From assembly GCA_964434285.1 (NCBI GenBank), contig CAYSUJ010000001.1, positions 240,564 through 304,563 of the forward strand: a DNA stretch of 64,000 nt. Reading direction: 5' to 3'. This document shows, one piece after another, positions 46,490-55,869 of the stretch. Position 1 is the first letter of the stretch, and the number at the start of each line of letters is the position of its first letter. The notes beneath the pieces are model-generated. The model saw nothing but the letters and a program-made list of their open reading frames with translations. It was not told the DNA's origin and did not search any database. The position numbers were made by a program, and so were the translations under genes. This DNA comes from an uncultured Candidatus Saccharibacteria bacterium. Lineage in GTDB: Bacteria; Patescibacteriota; Minisyncoccia; Phycocordibacterales; UBA2100.

Positions 46490-48142
46490 ATGTCGCTTCG
46501 TGATGAAATCGCATCTTTCGTACGAGGCACGGTAAGTGATGCCCACGAAGACCTCGCGCGCCTCTCTCGCGACACGAGTATATTTAAGCGGAAGCCGGCT
46601 CTTATGGTAGCCCCTCGCGATGCCGCGGATCTCTCTGCCCTCATTCGGTGGGTCGCCTCGGAGAGAGCGCGTGGAAAAGCGCTTTCCCTCACGGCCCGTT
46701 CTGCCGGCACCGACATGACGGGCGGCCCACTCACCAACTCGATCGTGGTGTCTTTTACCGAACACATGAACTCAATCGGCGATATTGGTGATGACTACGC
46801 CGAGGCAGAGCCCGGTGTTTTCTATCGCGATTTCGAGAAGGAAACACTCTCGAAGGCTGGCAAGCTCCTTCCCTCTTTTCCTGCTTCACGCGAAATCTGC
46901 GCCATCGGCGGTATAGTCTCAAATAACTCCGGTGGCGAACTGACCCTTAAATACGGCAAGACTGAGCAGTATGTGCAATCACTGGACGTCGTGCTCGCAG
47001 ATGGTTCCCAAACGACGCTGAGACCGTTGTCCCCAGTAGAGCTCGCCGAGAAGAAAAAAGGTGATTCCTTCGAGGCAAAGATCTACCGCGATATGGACCA
47101 GCTTCTCACAGAAAACGAGGCTTTAATTACATCGGCGAAACCGAAGGTCTCCAAAAACTCCTCTGGTTATGCACTCTGGAGCGTGAAAGATAGGAATAAG
47201 GGCACATTTGACCTCTCAAAGCTGATCGTCGGATCACAAGGCACTCTTGCGCTTGTGACCAAAGCGAAACTGGGACTCATCGAACGCGCCACGCACAAAG
47301 CCATGCTCGTTATCTTCCTCAAAGATCTCGAAGTGCTCCCCGAGGTGGTGAAGCGCGTACTTGCGCACGAGCCAGAGTCTTTTGAGAGTTACGATAATCA
47401 CACCTTCTCACTCGCTGTTAGATTTTTGCCCCAAATATTGCGCTCTATGGGCCCTCTCAAAGCTATTTCGCTTGGCGCCTCGTTCCTTCCAGAACTGTAT
47501 CTCGTGCTTACGGGCGGTGTGCCGAAGCTCGTCTTGATGGCAGAATTTGCCGAGGACTCTGAGGTCGCCGCGCGAGACAAAGTCCGCGAAACACGACATG
47601 CGCTCAGTGATCTTTCCGTGACAACACGCATGGCTGCAGGGACCATAGGCCCTGAAAAATACTGGAAAATTCGCCGCGAGAGCTTTAACCTCCTCCGCAA
47701 AAATGTGCCAGGCCTCTACGCCGCGCCCTTCATAGACGACTGCGTCGTGCTTCCTGAGACCTATCCAACGTTTTTGCCCGAACTCGAGGCATTACTCTCT
47801 CAATACCCATTCACCTTCACTATCGCGGGTCACGTTGGAAACGGCAACTTCCACATCTTCCCGCTGGTAGATATGACGAAAGACGCCGTTCACGAACAGA
47901 TCATAGAGCTTAACAAGAAGGTCTACGAGCTCGTTTTAAAGTATGGCGGCTCAACGACGGGCGAACACAACGATGGCATCATCCGCACGCCGTATGTGAA
48001 AGATATGTTCGGCCCGGAAATGTATGCCCTCTTTGAGAAAACGAAGCAGATTTTCGACCCCCAGAACATTTTCAACCCCGGCAAAAAGGTAGGTGGCACC
48101 CTCGACGACATCGAGACCTACATGATGCACTCTCCGCGCTAA
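46490..48142 (+). CDS. FAD-linked oxidase (PCMH-type FAD-binding; GlcD / D-lactate dehydrogenase-like)
   Basis: FAD_binding_4 region RSAGTDMTGGPLT. C-terminal FAD-oxidase_C-like region. Leaderless TATACT-type box 6 nt upstream. Confidence 0.75.
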   Translation: MSLRDEIASFVRGTVSDAHEDLARLSRDTSIFKRKPALMVAPRDAADLSALIRWVASERARGKALSLTARSAGTDMTGGPLTNSIVVSFTEHMNSIGDIGDDYAEAEPGVFYRDFEKETLSKAGKLLPSFPASREICAIGGIVSNNSGGELTLKYGKTEQYVQSLDVVLADGSQTTLRPLSPVELAEKKKGDSFEAKIYRDMDQLLTENEALITSAKPKVSKNSSGYALWSVKDRNKGTFDLSKLIVGSQGTLALVTKAKLGLIERATHKAMLVIFLKDLEVLPEVVKRVLAHEPESFESYDNHTFSLAVRFLPQILRSMGPLKAISLGASFLPELYLVLTGGVPKLVLMAEFAEDSEVAARDKVRETRHALSDLSVTTRMAAGTIGPEKYWKIRRESFNLLRKNVPGLYAAPFIDDCVVLPETYPTFLPELEALLSQYPFTFTIAGHVGNGNFHIFPLVDMTKDAVHEQIIELNKKVYELVLKYGGSTTGEHNDGIIRTPYVKDMFGPEMYALFEKTKQIFDPQNIFNPGKKVGGTLDDIETYMMHSPR

Positions 48143-48210
48143 TGCGTAGAAACCAAGCGCAGAAAAAAGCCGCTCGGCGAACCGTGCGGCTTCTCAAAGT
48201 CTGAAACGCA

Positions 48211-48642
48211 TTACGCATCCCAGAAGTTTCTTCCTGTTTTGTATGCCTCAAAATAGCTCGGCAAGGTGGCGAAAAGAGGACTTGGAGGGTCGTCTATACT
48301 TCGCCACTCCCACGCCTCCATCTTTTCAGGCTCCATCACCCTGGGCTCACCACTCTTCCAATCAGCGACGAGAGCAATATCAACGTAGTGCTTCGGCGCG
48401 TAGGCCTTGAGGTTCATGAGCCGTAAGAAGCGAACGTTCTCGATCTCTATCCCGGCTTCTTCCATCGTTTCTCGCTTGGCACACTCTTCGAAGGACTCCA
48501 TGTATTCCATATGCCCTCCCGGCCACGCCCACTCACCATCTCCGTGCGAATTTTTACGCTTACCGAATAGTGCTTTCCCGTCTTTGAGAATCATTACGCC
48601 GATACCCACTTTGGGACGTTCGTTTGCCGGTTGTTCGGTCAT
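48211..48642 (-). CDS. NUDIX hydrolase
   Basis: Nudix box GGHMEYMESFEECAKRETMEEAGI. Confidence 0.85.
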   Translation of the reverse strand: MTEQPANERPKVGIGVMILKDGKALFGKRKNSHGDGEWAWPGGHMEYMESFEECAKRETMEEAGIEIENVRFLRLMNLKAYAPKHYVDIALVADWKSGEPRVMEPEKMEAWEWRSIDDPPSPLFATLPSYFEAYKTGRNFWDA

Positions 48643-48705
48643 GGTTAGTTACCTCCTCTTCAACCGGTGCAATAGTACTTAATCCAATCAAGTACAACAA
48701 GCGGC

Positions 48706-49242
48706 TTAGCGTCTCGCACGCACGAGGAGCATCAGGACAATGAGAAAAGAAAACAGGGTAAACGCAAGGAGTGGAAACGTCACGTACCCAAACTCAAAGA
48801 GGAGACGTTGAGCACAGGAAGATCCGACGGCTGGGCACGGGAGACCAGAATTTGGGATCATTTGCAGTGCGTGTTGGTAGAGCGCAACGCCTGCACCGAA
48901 GAAAGACAATGCAATAGAATATTCAGCGATGTACAGGTCGCGCTTCCAAAGCGCCATACTAAATAGAATGATTTGCGGGAACATGAAAATTCGCTGCCAC
49001 CAACACAGAGGGCACGGCTCAAAACCAAGCACGTCAGAATAGAAAAGCGTGAGGCACGCAGCACAAAACGATATGACAAGCCCTATAAGGAGCCCTCTCT
49101 CTCCGACTACCCTTGTCACATCTGCACAGCCTGGAAACCGATTCCGAAGTACATATGCGGCAAGGAGTGTAACCGTTACGATCTGCAGAACCACGGCACC
49201 AAGCGCAATGATGTAATTTAATTCACTCACCTCCATACTCAT
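48706..49242 (-). CDS. DsbB/BdbC-family disulfide oxidoreductase (membrane)
   Basis: 4 TM with CPLCWWQR in the first periplasmic loop and a second Cys pair. Confidence 0.7.
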   Translation of the reverse strand: MSMEVSELNYIIALGAVVLQIVTVTLLAAYVLRNRFPGCADVTRVVGERGLLIGLVISFCAACLTLFYSDVLGFEPCPLCWWQRIFMFPQIILFSMALWKRDLYIAEYSIALSFFGAGVALYQHALQMIPNSGLPCPAVGSSCAQRLLFEFGYVTFPLLAFTLFSFLIVLMLLVRARR

Positions 49243-49619
49243 TCAGGCAATGTACAACCAGTCTTTTCCGCCAGAAACTGTGGGGTCTTTTCTCCAACCT
49301 CACGAGAGCCATCTGCGAAAATCCATGTTGGATACGATTGAATACCGACGTCAATGCACGCTTGGAGTTGAGACTTACCATCGGGGCTTGAACATTCAAC
49401 GTACGGGAGAAGTTCTGCTGAGTTACCAAACATCTTCTTTTGCTCTTGACAATGTGAGCACCAAAACGCCCCGTAAAACGTCGCGCTTTTCTCTCCCAAG
49501 CAGCGTGCCAAATCATCATATTTGCCCGGAAGGGTTTTTGCATACATCGTCCACCCGAGACCTCCAACAATAAGAAGTACTATAACCGCCCAAAAAATGG
49601 TAATTCCTTTTCCTTTCAT
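49239..49619 (-). CDS. Membrane-anchored thioredoxin-fold thiol:disulfide oxidoreductase
   Basis: FWCSHCQEQ CxxC motif after an N-terminal TM. 4-nt overlap with the DsbB-like gene. Confidence 0.7.
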   Translation of the reverse strand: MKGKGITIFWAVIVLLIVGGLGWTMYAKTLPGKYDDLARCLGEKSATFYGAFWCSHCQEQKKMFGNSAELLPYVECSSPDGKSQLQACIDVGIQSYPTWIFADGSREVGEKTPQFLAEKTGCTLPE

Positions 49620-49656
49620 ACGGCTCAGAGTACCACAGACATGCTAGAATGCACGA

Positions 49657-50166
49657 GTGCGAAGTTTCAAATCTCGCCTCGCCTACTACATCGGTGACAT
49701 TGTCTACGGAGCGAACGATGGCCTTATCACCACCTTCGCAGTGATCGCCGGTGCCGCAGGCGCTGGATTCTCATCAGCAATCATTATTGTGCTCAGTATT
49801 GCAAACCTTATTGCGGATGGCTTCTCGATGGGTGCCTCGCGCTATCTTTCGCTCAAATCAGAACAAGCAGTTGCCGGCGCGGAAAAAACGCGCAACCCCT
49901 TCAACGATGGGTTCGCAACATTTATGGCATTCGTCATTGCCGGAAGCCTTCCCGTCATCCCATTTTTGATATCAGATTTTTCTCACAACGCCTTTCAGAC
50001 GGCACTCATCACAACAGGTATCGCTTTCTTTGTTGTTGGCGCCGCACGCTCACTCGTCATCCAGAGAAACCCGCTTATCGCAGGTATCGAAATGCTTATC
50101 GTCGGCGGCGTCGCCTCCGCAATAGCCTACGGCCTCGGTTCGTGGGTTGAGACGTTGATACACTAA
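49657..50166 (+). CDS. VIT1/CCC1-family (DUF125) metal transporter
   Basis: GANDGLITTFAVIAG signature. GTG start 16 nt after a TGCTAGAAT box. Confidence 0.75.
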   Translation: MRSFKSRLAYYIGDIVYGANDGLITTFAVIAGAAGAGFSSAIIIVLSIANLIADGFSMGASRYLSLKSEQAVAGAEKTRNPFNDGFATFMAFVIAGSLPVIPFLISDFSHNAFQTALITTGIAFFVVGAARSLVIQRNPLIAGIEMLIVGGVASAIAYGLGSWVETLIH

Positions 50167-50170
50167 ACGT

Positions 50171-50599
50171 ATGCGCCGCTATTACTACCTCCTAACTCTC
50201 ACGTTCGTTTTCTGTATACCAACCATTATTGCGGCAGTATTGTTACAAGACGTCATCGCACTTCGTGAGCTCGTGCCATTCGTCGTACTGGTAACCATCA
50301 TCGGCAGTATCTGGGATGTCTGGGCAACACGCCACGGCAAGCGAGACCGAGTCTGGCTCTGGCAATTCCACCAATCTCAAACGCTTGGACATCGTTTCCT
50401 CGGACTTCCGATTGAGGAGTATCTGTTCTACACAGCAAGTAGCATATACATAATTTATATGTGGGAAGGGCTCAAGGTTATGGCTGGGGGGGACCACACG
50501 TGTCTACATCGTAATTTTCGGGCTGGCACTGTGGACGCTTCTTGCAATCGCATTTCCGTATTTCTTCCGCAAGAAAGGCGACAAATTTATCAACTGACC
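50171..50599 (+). pseudogene. Lycopene-cyclase-domain membrane protein with a +1 frameshift at a G7 tract (50488-50494)
   Basis: IWDVWATRHG...GLPIEEYLFY matches the lycopene cyclase domain. After GGGGGGG the annotated frame reads non-protein-like sequence, while the +1 frame reads TTRVYIVIFGLALWTLLAIAFPYFFRKKGDKFIN*, a clean TM helix plus basic tail. Confidence 0.55.
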
Positions 50600-50605
50600 T
50601 AGCAC

Positions 50606-50717
50606 GTAGGTGGCGGCAGATACTTTGAGGGGGTCTTTCGCAGACCGACGGGGCGAGAAGGAGGGAATTTTCAGCAGAAAATTACCCGACCCCCGAGAAG
50701 TATCTGCCGCCACCTAC
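50606..50717 (+). repeat. Hairpin-embedded conserved element, copy C
   Basis: 20-bp perfect outer arms GTAGGTGGCGGCAGATACTT / AAGTATCTGCCGCCACCTAC. Core GGGGGTCTTTCGCAGACCGACGGGGCGAGAAGGAGGGAATTTTCAGCAGAAAATTACCCGACCCCC. Confidence 0.7.
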
Positions 50718-51148
50718 TGCGCCACCTTCACGTGCGGCGAAGGAAGTCCCTTTTCACACGACGCACATTTACACCCAATCGGCTTAATGAATTCCTCAAA
50801 ATATTCCTCATCGTAATCAATCGTGAGCTCTTCACCCACCGCAATATCCTTCTGCGCGTAAATCATGATTTTGCCATCCTCAATCTCCGCCTCAACGTTT
50901 GGGTGGCAATCATGATTTATATAGCCCGCAGTATTTTCTGGCACGGGGCCATCTAGCGTCCACTCATCATCCACCTCGAAGAGATAACGTGAGTCGGATT
51001 CATCGGCGGTGGCGGTGGGGATCTTTACGCCCGTATACTCAATAAGAAAATCGCCGTCCTTAATCGGTACCCGCGCAAAAAGCCCCAAGCCCGTGCCCGG
51101 CCTGCCCTCCCGCACCTCAAAACGCGGATCTATGCTGATTTCCCCCAT
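50714..51148 (-). CDS. SET-domain protein (lysine methyltransferase-like)
   Basis: GLGLFARVPIKDGDFLIEYTG, NHDCHPN (NHSCxPN) and ELTIDY motifs. Post-SET Cys cluster CKCASC. Confidence 0.75.
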   Translation of the reverse strand: MGEISIDPRFEVREGRPGTGLGLFARVPIKDGDFLIEYTGVKIPTATADESDSRYLFEVDDEWTLDGPVPENTAGYINHDCHPNVEAEIEDGKIMIYAQKDIAVGEELTIDYDEEYFEEFIKPIGCKCASCEKGLPSPHVKVAQ

Positions 51149-51214
51149 GGCGTCGGCTATCGTAACACACAGGCGCACCTTTCAATACTCGTGCCCTTCG
51201 GTGATAATCCGAGA

Positions 51215-51427
51215 ATGAGCGGCGTCGTGTCTGGATTCTTTCCCGTTGTTGGATGGGCTATATTTCTCGGTGCTCTCGCACTCTCCATCACCCTTGGAAT
51301 AATTCTGGGCTTCCACTGGTTTAGTTATGCTCGCAATGATGGCGCAGCTCTCACGGCGAGTATTGTCTACGGGGCTGGGTGTCTCGTGATTCTCATTATG
51401 CTCCTTGGGGCTGTTGTTGCCTTATGA
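51215..51427 (+). CDS. Small two-TM membrane protein
   Basis: ORF with two hydrophobic helices directly upstream of, and overlapping, the next kinase gene. Confidence 0.3.
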   Translation: MSGVVSGFFPVVGWAIFLGALALSITLGIILGFHWFSYARNDGAALTASIVYGAGCLVILIMLLGAVVAL

Positions 51428-52650
51428 GCGACCCAATCTCAGGATCAGACGCCGTCCTCATGACCGTGCGCAAGCACTGGATCATCCTCGCCGAAGAGAC
51501 GACCGGCGTTGCTATCGCCGCATTTGTACCCCTCATCTTTCTTGGCGCGCTCTCCGCGGCGCCGTACGGCTTCTCAGCCGATCTCTCATTCCTGCGTGTC
51601 ATTTCCATCCTCTGGCTTCTCGTGTGCTGGATGACACTCGCACTCCTTTGGACAGCATACTATCTCGACATTTGGATAGTGACGGACAAGCACATCTATG
51701 CCGTTGATCAGATAGGACTTTTTGAACGCAACGTGCGCACGATCGCGCTTGAGCGCATTGAGGAAATTAATGTGCGAACCGAGGGAGTCCTGCAAACCTT
51801 TTTCAAATACGGCACGATTGAGGTGCATACCGCGAGCCCCAATGAAGATGATGCCGTGTTCCGCGGCATTCCGGATCCCCAAATGGTGCGCTCGCTCCTC
51901 CTCGACCAAATCGAGAGACTCCCCCAACTCGAGCGCGAAAATGCAGAACTGCACACCGCGACCGAAAATCAGGAGAAACTGATTCACATGGTTGGGCACG
52001 AGGTGAAGAGCTATCTCACCAAGAGCGCGGGAGCTCTTGCGGCAATCGCGGAGGGAGATTTAGGCACTGTTCCTGAAGGCGTCCAGAAAATGGCAGGAGC
52101 CGCGCTCCAAGAAACGCGCAAAGGCGTCGACACCGTTTCAAACATTCTGCATGGCGCGGATACATCACACGGCACGCTGGCGCTTGAAAAGAAGAAGTTC
52201 GATCTAAAGCAGACGGTGCTGCAAGCAGCACGCGCTCTTGAAGATGTCGCACTCAAGAAGGGACTCGCGTATGAACTTCTCGCGAGCGAAGGCGAACTCC
52301 CTTTCGTGGGAGACGAAGCAAAGCTTCGAGATCAAGTCTTTCGTAATCTCATCGAGAATGCGATTCGGTACACCCCCAGAGGCACAATTCGCATGGAACT
52401 CACCGCTTCCGGCAGTCAGTATCGCTTCATCATCACTGATTCCGGCGTTGGTATCTCTCCAGAAGACATGCAGAAGCTTTTTACCGAGGGTGGCCACGGC
52501 GCTCACTCGAAAGACGTGAACCCCGACTCCACCGGCTTTGGCCTCTCCATCGCAAAACAGATCACCGAAGCACACGGTGGCGCTATCCGCGCAGAATCAA
52601 AAGGTTCGGGCTCCGGCTCATCGTTCATTGTCGAATTACCCACCGCGTAA
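51424..52650 (+). CDS. Histidine kinase with N-terminal membrane-associated bacterial PH (YdbT/DUF304-like) domain
   Basis: VRKHWIIL plus two TM and a beta-rich segment. H-box MVGHEVKSYLT. HATPase G-boxes DSGVGIS and GFGLSIA. Confidence 0.75.
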   Translation: MSDPISGSDAVLMTVRKHWIILAEETTGVAIAAFVPLIFLGALSAAPYGFSADLSFLRVISILWLLVCWMTLALLWTAYYLDIWIVTDKHIYAVDQIGLFERNVRTIALERIEEINVRTEGVLQTFFKYGTIEVHTASPNEDDAVFRGIPDPQMVRSLLLDQIERLPQLERENAELHTATENQEKLIHMVGHEVKSYLTKSAGALAAIAEGDLGTVPEGVQKMAGAALQETRKGVDTVSNILHGADTSHGTLALEKKKFDLKQTVLQAARALEDVALKKGLAYELLASEGELPFVGDEAKLRDQVFRNLIENAIRYTPRGTIRMELTASGSQYRFIITDSGVGISPEDMQKLFTEGGHGAHSKDVNPDSTGFGLSIAKQITEAHGGAIRAESKGSGSGSSFIVELPTA

Positions 52651-52662
52651 TACAGTGCTCCT

Positions 52663-53916
52663 ATGTCAAAAGACAAACTTTCCACCGACCCCTACAAAGG
52701 CGTGCGTGATTTCTATCCAGAAGACCAATTCGTGCAGGATTACATTTTTGAGCAGATGCGCCGCGCATGTGAGCTCTTCGGCTACGAAGAATACAGCGCC
52801 TCCATTCTTGAGCCGTCCGAACTGTATCGCTCGAAGACATCCGAAGAAATTGTGAACGAACAGACTTACACCTTCACCGACCGCGGCGACCGGGAAGTGA
52901 CGCTCCGCCCAGAGATGACACCGACCCTCGCGCGCATGGTCGCCGCCAAGAGTCGCGATATCCCCATGCCCGCGCGCTTTTTTACCATTGCGAACGTGTT
53001 CCGCTATGAACGCCCGCAAAAAGGACGCCTCCGCGAACACTGGCAATTGAACGCCGATATAGTCGGCTCCACATCGATTGAAGCGGATGCCGAAATTATC
53101 ACTCTCGCGCACACCATCCTCCGCGCATTCGGCGCCGATGAGCGCAGCTTTGAGATCCGCATCTCCGATCGTCGCCTTCTCGAGAGCATATTTGATGAGC
53201 TCTCGATTCCTGTAGAGAAACGTAGTGCAGCAACACGCATTCTTGATCGTCGCGCAAAGCTCGAGAACTTCCCTGAAAAACTCGAAGAAGTGATTGGACA
53301 AAATGCTGCAATCCTCATTGACCGTATCGACCGCACCACCTCCACCGCCTACCTTGAGGAACTGCGCGGCCTCCTCCTCGCACGCGGCGTCGGCAACATG
53401 ATTGTCGACACCAAAATAACGCGCGGCTTTGATTACTACACAGGCATGGTGTTTGAGGTCTTTGACACCTCTGGTGAAAATTCGCGCTCACTCTTCGGCG
53501 GCGGTCGCTATGACAACCTCATGACGCTCTTTGGAAACGACATGATACCAGCCGTGGGTTTCGGCATGGGCGACGTCACCACGCGTGATTTCCTCGAGAC
53601 GCATAATCTGAAGCCAAACTACACACCCTCAACCGAACTCATGATCTGCGTCATAGACGCGAGCGCGATGAGTCATGCCCAAAAAATCGCCACCGATCTG
53701 CGCCGCGAAGACGTCTCTGTCGCCGTCAATATCTCCGGCAAAAAACTTGGCGATCAGATCCGCCAGGCCGACAAACTCAAAGTGCCATTTATTCTGGCGC
53801 TCGGCGAAAAAGAACGCGAAAGCGGGCAGTACACTATCAAGAATCTCGCCACAGGGCACGAGCTCACGACGAGCGCCGACAGGATAGCAGAACACCTGTT
53901 TAGTTCGCTTGGTTAG
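52663..53916 (+). CDS. hisS: Histidyl-tRNA synthetase
   Basis: Class-II motifs. GGGRYDNL motif 3. C-terminal anticodon-binding domain. Confidence 0.95.
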   Translation: MSKDKLSTDPYKGVRDFYPEDQFVQDYIFEQMRRACELFGYEEYSASILEPSELYRSKTSEEIVNEQTYTFTDRGDREVTLRPEMTPTLARMVAAKSRDIPMPARFFTIANVFRYERPQKGRLREHWQLNADIVGSTSIEADAEIITLAHTILRAFGADERSFEIRISDRRLLESIFDELSIPVEKRSAATRILDRRAKLENFPEKLEEVIGQNAAILIDRIDRTTSTAYLEELRGLLLARGVGNMIVDTKITRGFDYYTGMVFEVFDTSGENSRSLFGGGRYDNLMTLFGNDMIPAVGFGMGDVTTRDFLETHNLKPNYTPSTELMICVIDASAMSHAQKIATDLRREDVSVAVNISGKKLGDQIRQADKLKVPFILALGEKERESGQYTIKNLATGHELTTSADRIAEHLFSSLG

Positions 53917-53934
53917 TTTGATATACTTCCGCGG

Positions 53935-54507
53935 ATGCGAATTGTTACTTTTGATATTGAGACCTACGGCAACATCCGCGGGCCGTGGAAGCCGGAGGAT
54001 TTGGAGCTCACCATTTGCTGCATCCACGATTCTGAAACCGACTCCTATTCTTCCTATCTCAAAGAAGAGCTCCCGCAGCTCTGGAAAATTCTCGAATCCA
54101 CCGACATCCTTGTCGGTTTCAATTCCGACCACTTCGACATCCCTGTTCTAAATAAATACTATCCGGGCGATCTCACCAAAATTCGCTCTCTCGATCTGCT
54201 TAAGGAAATTGCAGGCTCGCTTGGACGTCGCGTGAAGCTCGATGCCATCGCTGAAGGCACGCTCGGCCTTAAGAAGAACGGCTCGGGTCTTCAAGCCATC
54301 CAATGGTGGAAAGAAGGCAATATCGATAAGCTCCGCGCTTATTGCTTGAAAGACGTAGAAATCACGAAGAAAGTGCTTGATTATGCGCTTGAAAACAACC
54401 TCCTCAAGTTCAAAGAACTCGGCATCAAGAAAGAGGTAAAGCTCGACACATCAAAATGGCTCACCGCTACGCAAACCGCTTCACTTACGAAAACTCTGGG
54501 ATTTTAA
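53935..54507 (+). CDS. DEDD-family 3'-5' exonuclease (RNase H-like fold)
   Basis: Exo I FDIET, Exo II FNSDHFDIPVL, Exo III YCLKDVE. Confidence 0.7.
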   Translation: MRIVTFDIETYGNIRGPWKPEDLELTICCIHDSETDSYSSYLKEELPQLWKILESTDILVGFNSDHFDIPVLNKYYPGDLTKIRSLDLLKEIAGSLGRRVKLDAIAEGTLGLKKNGSGLQAIQWWKEGNIDKLRAYCLKDVEITKKVLDYALENNLLKFKELGIKKEVKLDTSKWLTATQTASLTKTLGF

Positions 54508-54562
54508 TTGAATCTTCACGCAGTCTCACTATAATCAAGTAGTCTGTAACGAAGGAGGGAAA

Positions 54563-54787
54563 ATGCTCTTCTACGGACTCTCTAAAGACGTGGCGGCTCG
54601 CCGCTTTGTTGACGTTGTCAGACCGCTTCAAGGAATGACACATGCAGAGCAGAACGAGTTCCTTGGGGTTCTGTGGCATTCCGTAAGGACCGCCAGAGTG
54701 ACCTCTCAATATCGCCGCGATCTGAGCGAAATCACAGCGTCTGTCAAGCGTACGCAGGTAATGGCGCAGGCAAATGGTTCTGCGTGA
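54563..54787 (+). CDS. Hypothetical 74-aa protein
   Basis: Strong SD GAAGGAGGG 4 nt upstream of ATG. Terminator-like hairpin GGCAGA-cactca-TCTGCC plus T-run at 54803-54836. Confidence 0.45.
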   Translation: MLFYGLSKDVAARRFVDVVRPLQGMTHAEQNEFLGVLWHSVRTARVTSQYRRDLSEITASVKRTQVMAQANGSA

Positions 54788-54941
54788 GAAAATCGGGGCT
54801 CGGCAGACACTCATCTGCCGGCCCTTTTCTTTTTGCCATTTTGTCCTGTAGTTGTTCCTTCCCCTCCACACCCACTCCCGAATGCTATAATTCCCCAGTC
54901 TTATCTAATATCTATTATCTAATCTCTATTTTCTCGTCCTT

Positions 54942-55712
54942 ATGGAAACTGTTCAAAAACTCGCAGTCCCCATCGCTATCGTCATTGCAGGAGCGATGAT
55001 CGCAGCATCGCTGTTCTTCGTCCAATCAAAAGCACCTGCTGCAGGCGGAACACCACAGGCAGTAGTCGCAGAAGAGATTCGCGGTCCACAATCTGACGAC
55101 CACATTCGCGGCAATCCCAATGCAAAAGTGGTCATCGTGGAGTTCTCTGACACGGAGTGCCCATTCTGTAAGCAGTTCCACGAGACCATGAAGCGCGTCA
55201 TTGATGAGTACGGTGCTTCCGGCGACGTCGCATGGGTTTACCGCCACTTCCCAATCCCTTCACTCCACCCGAAAGCCCCTAAGGAAGCAGAGGCACTCGA
55301 GTGCGCAGCTGAGCAGGGTGGCAACGACATGTTCTGGAAATTTACCGACATGGTCTATGGCCGCACCGAGGCAAACAACTCGCTCGACATCGGCATCCAC
55401 AACTCACCGAAAGACGTGCCACTCGGTCCCGACGGCAAACCTTACTACGCCCAGGCAACGCCACGCTCCGCATCAGACGCAGGTCAGCTCTCTGACTTCG
55501 CCCGCGAACTCGGGCTCGACGTGGCAAAGTTTGAAGAGTGCATGACCTCGGGTCGCATGACAGACCGCGTGAACAAAGATCAAGCTGAGGTAGTTGCCGC
55601 AGGCGGCGGCGGCACTCCGCACTCCATCATTATCGTTGACGGTGAACAAATCCCTCTCGAAGGCGCACAGCCGTTCGATGTAGTGAAAGGTCTCATCGAC
55701 TCACTCCTCTAG
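54942..55712 (+). CDS. DsbA-family thiol:disulfide oxidoreductase with signal anchor
   Basis: CPFCKQFH active site in a thioredoxin fold. N-terminal TM. Confidence 0.85.
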   Translation: METVQKLAVPIAIVIAGAMIAASLFFVQSKAPAAGGTPQAVVAEEIRGPQSDDHIRGNPNAKVVIVEFSDTECPFCKQFHETMKRVIDEYGASGDVAWVYRHFPIPSLHPKAPKEAEALECAAEQGGNDMFWKFTDMVYGRTEANNSLDIGIHNSPKDVPLGPDGKPYYAQATPRSASDAGQLSDFARELGLDVAKFEECMTSGRMTDRVNKDQAEVVAAGGGGTPHSIIIVDGEQIPLEGAQPFDVVKGLIDSLL

Positions 55713-55869
55713 CCCCGCTCGCGAGGTTGCCAGAAACACCTCTTTCGGGTCGCTGTCTGCGCGTGCTCGCGCAGCGCTCACTCTCGGCTCGTCAGCCTGC
55801 GAGAGACCCTCATGAGGTATTTCTGTCACCCTCGTCTCGCTCAACAAATCGCACTGTTCTCAGCGAGAC

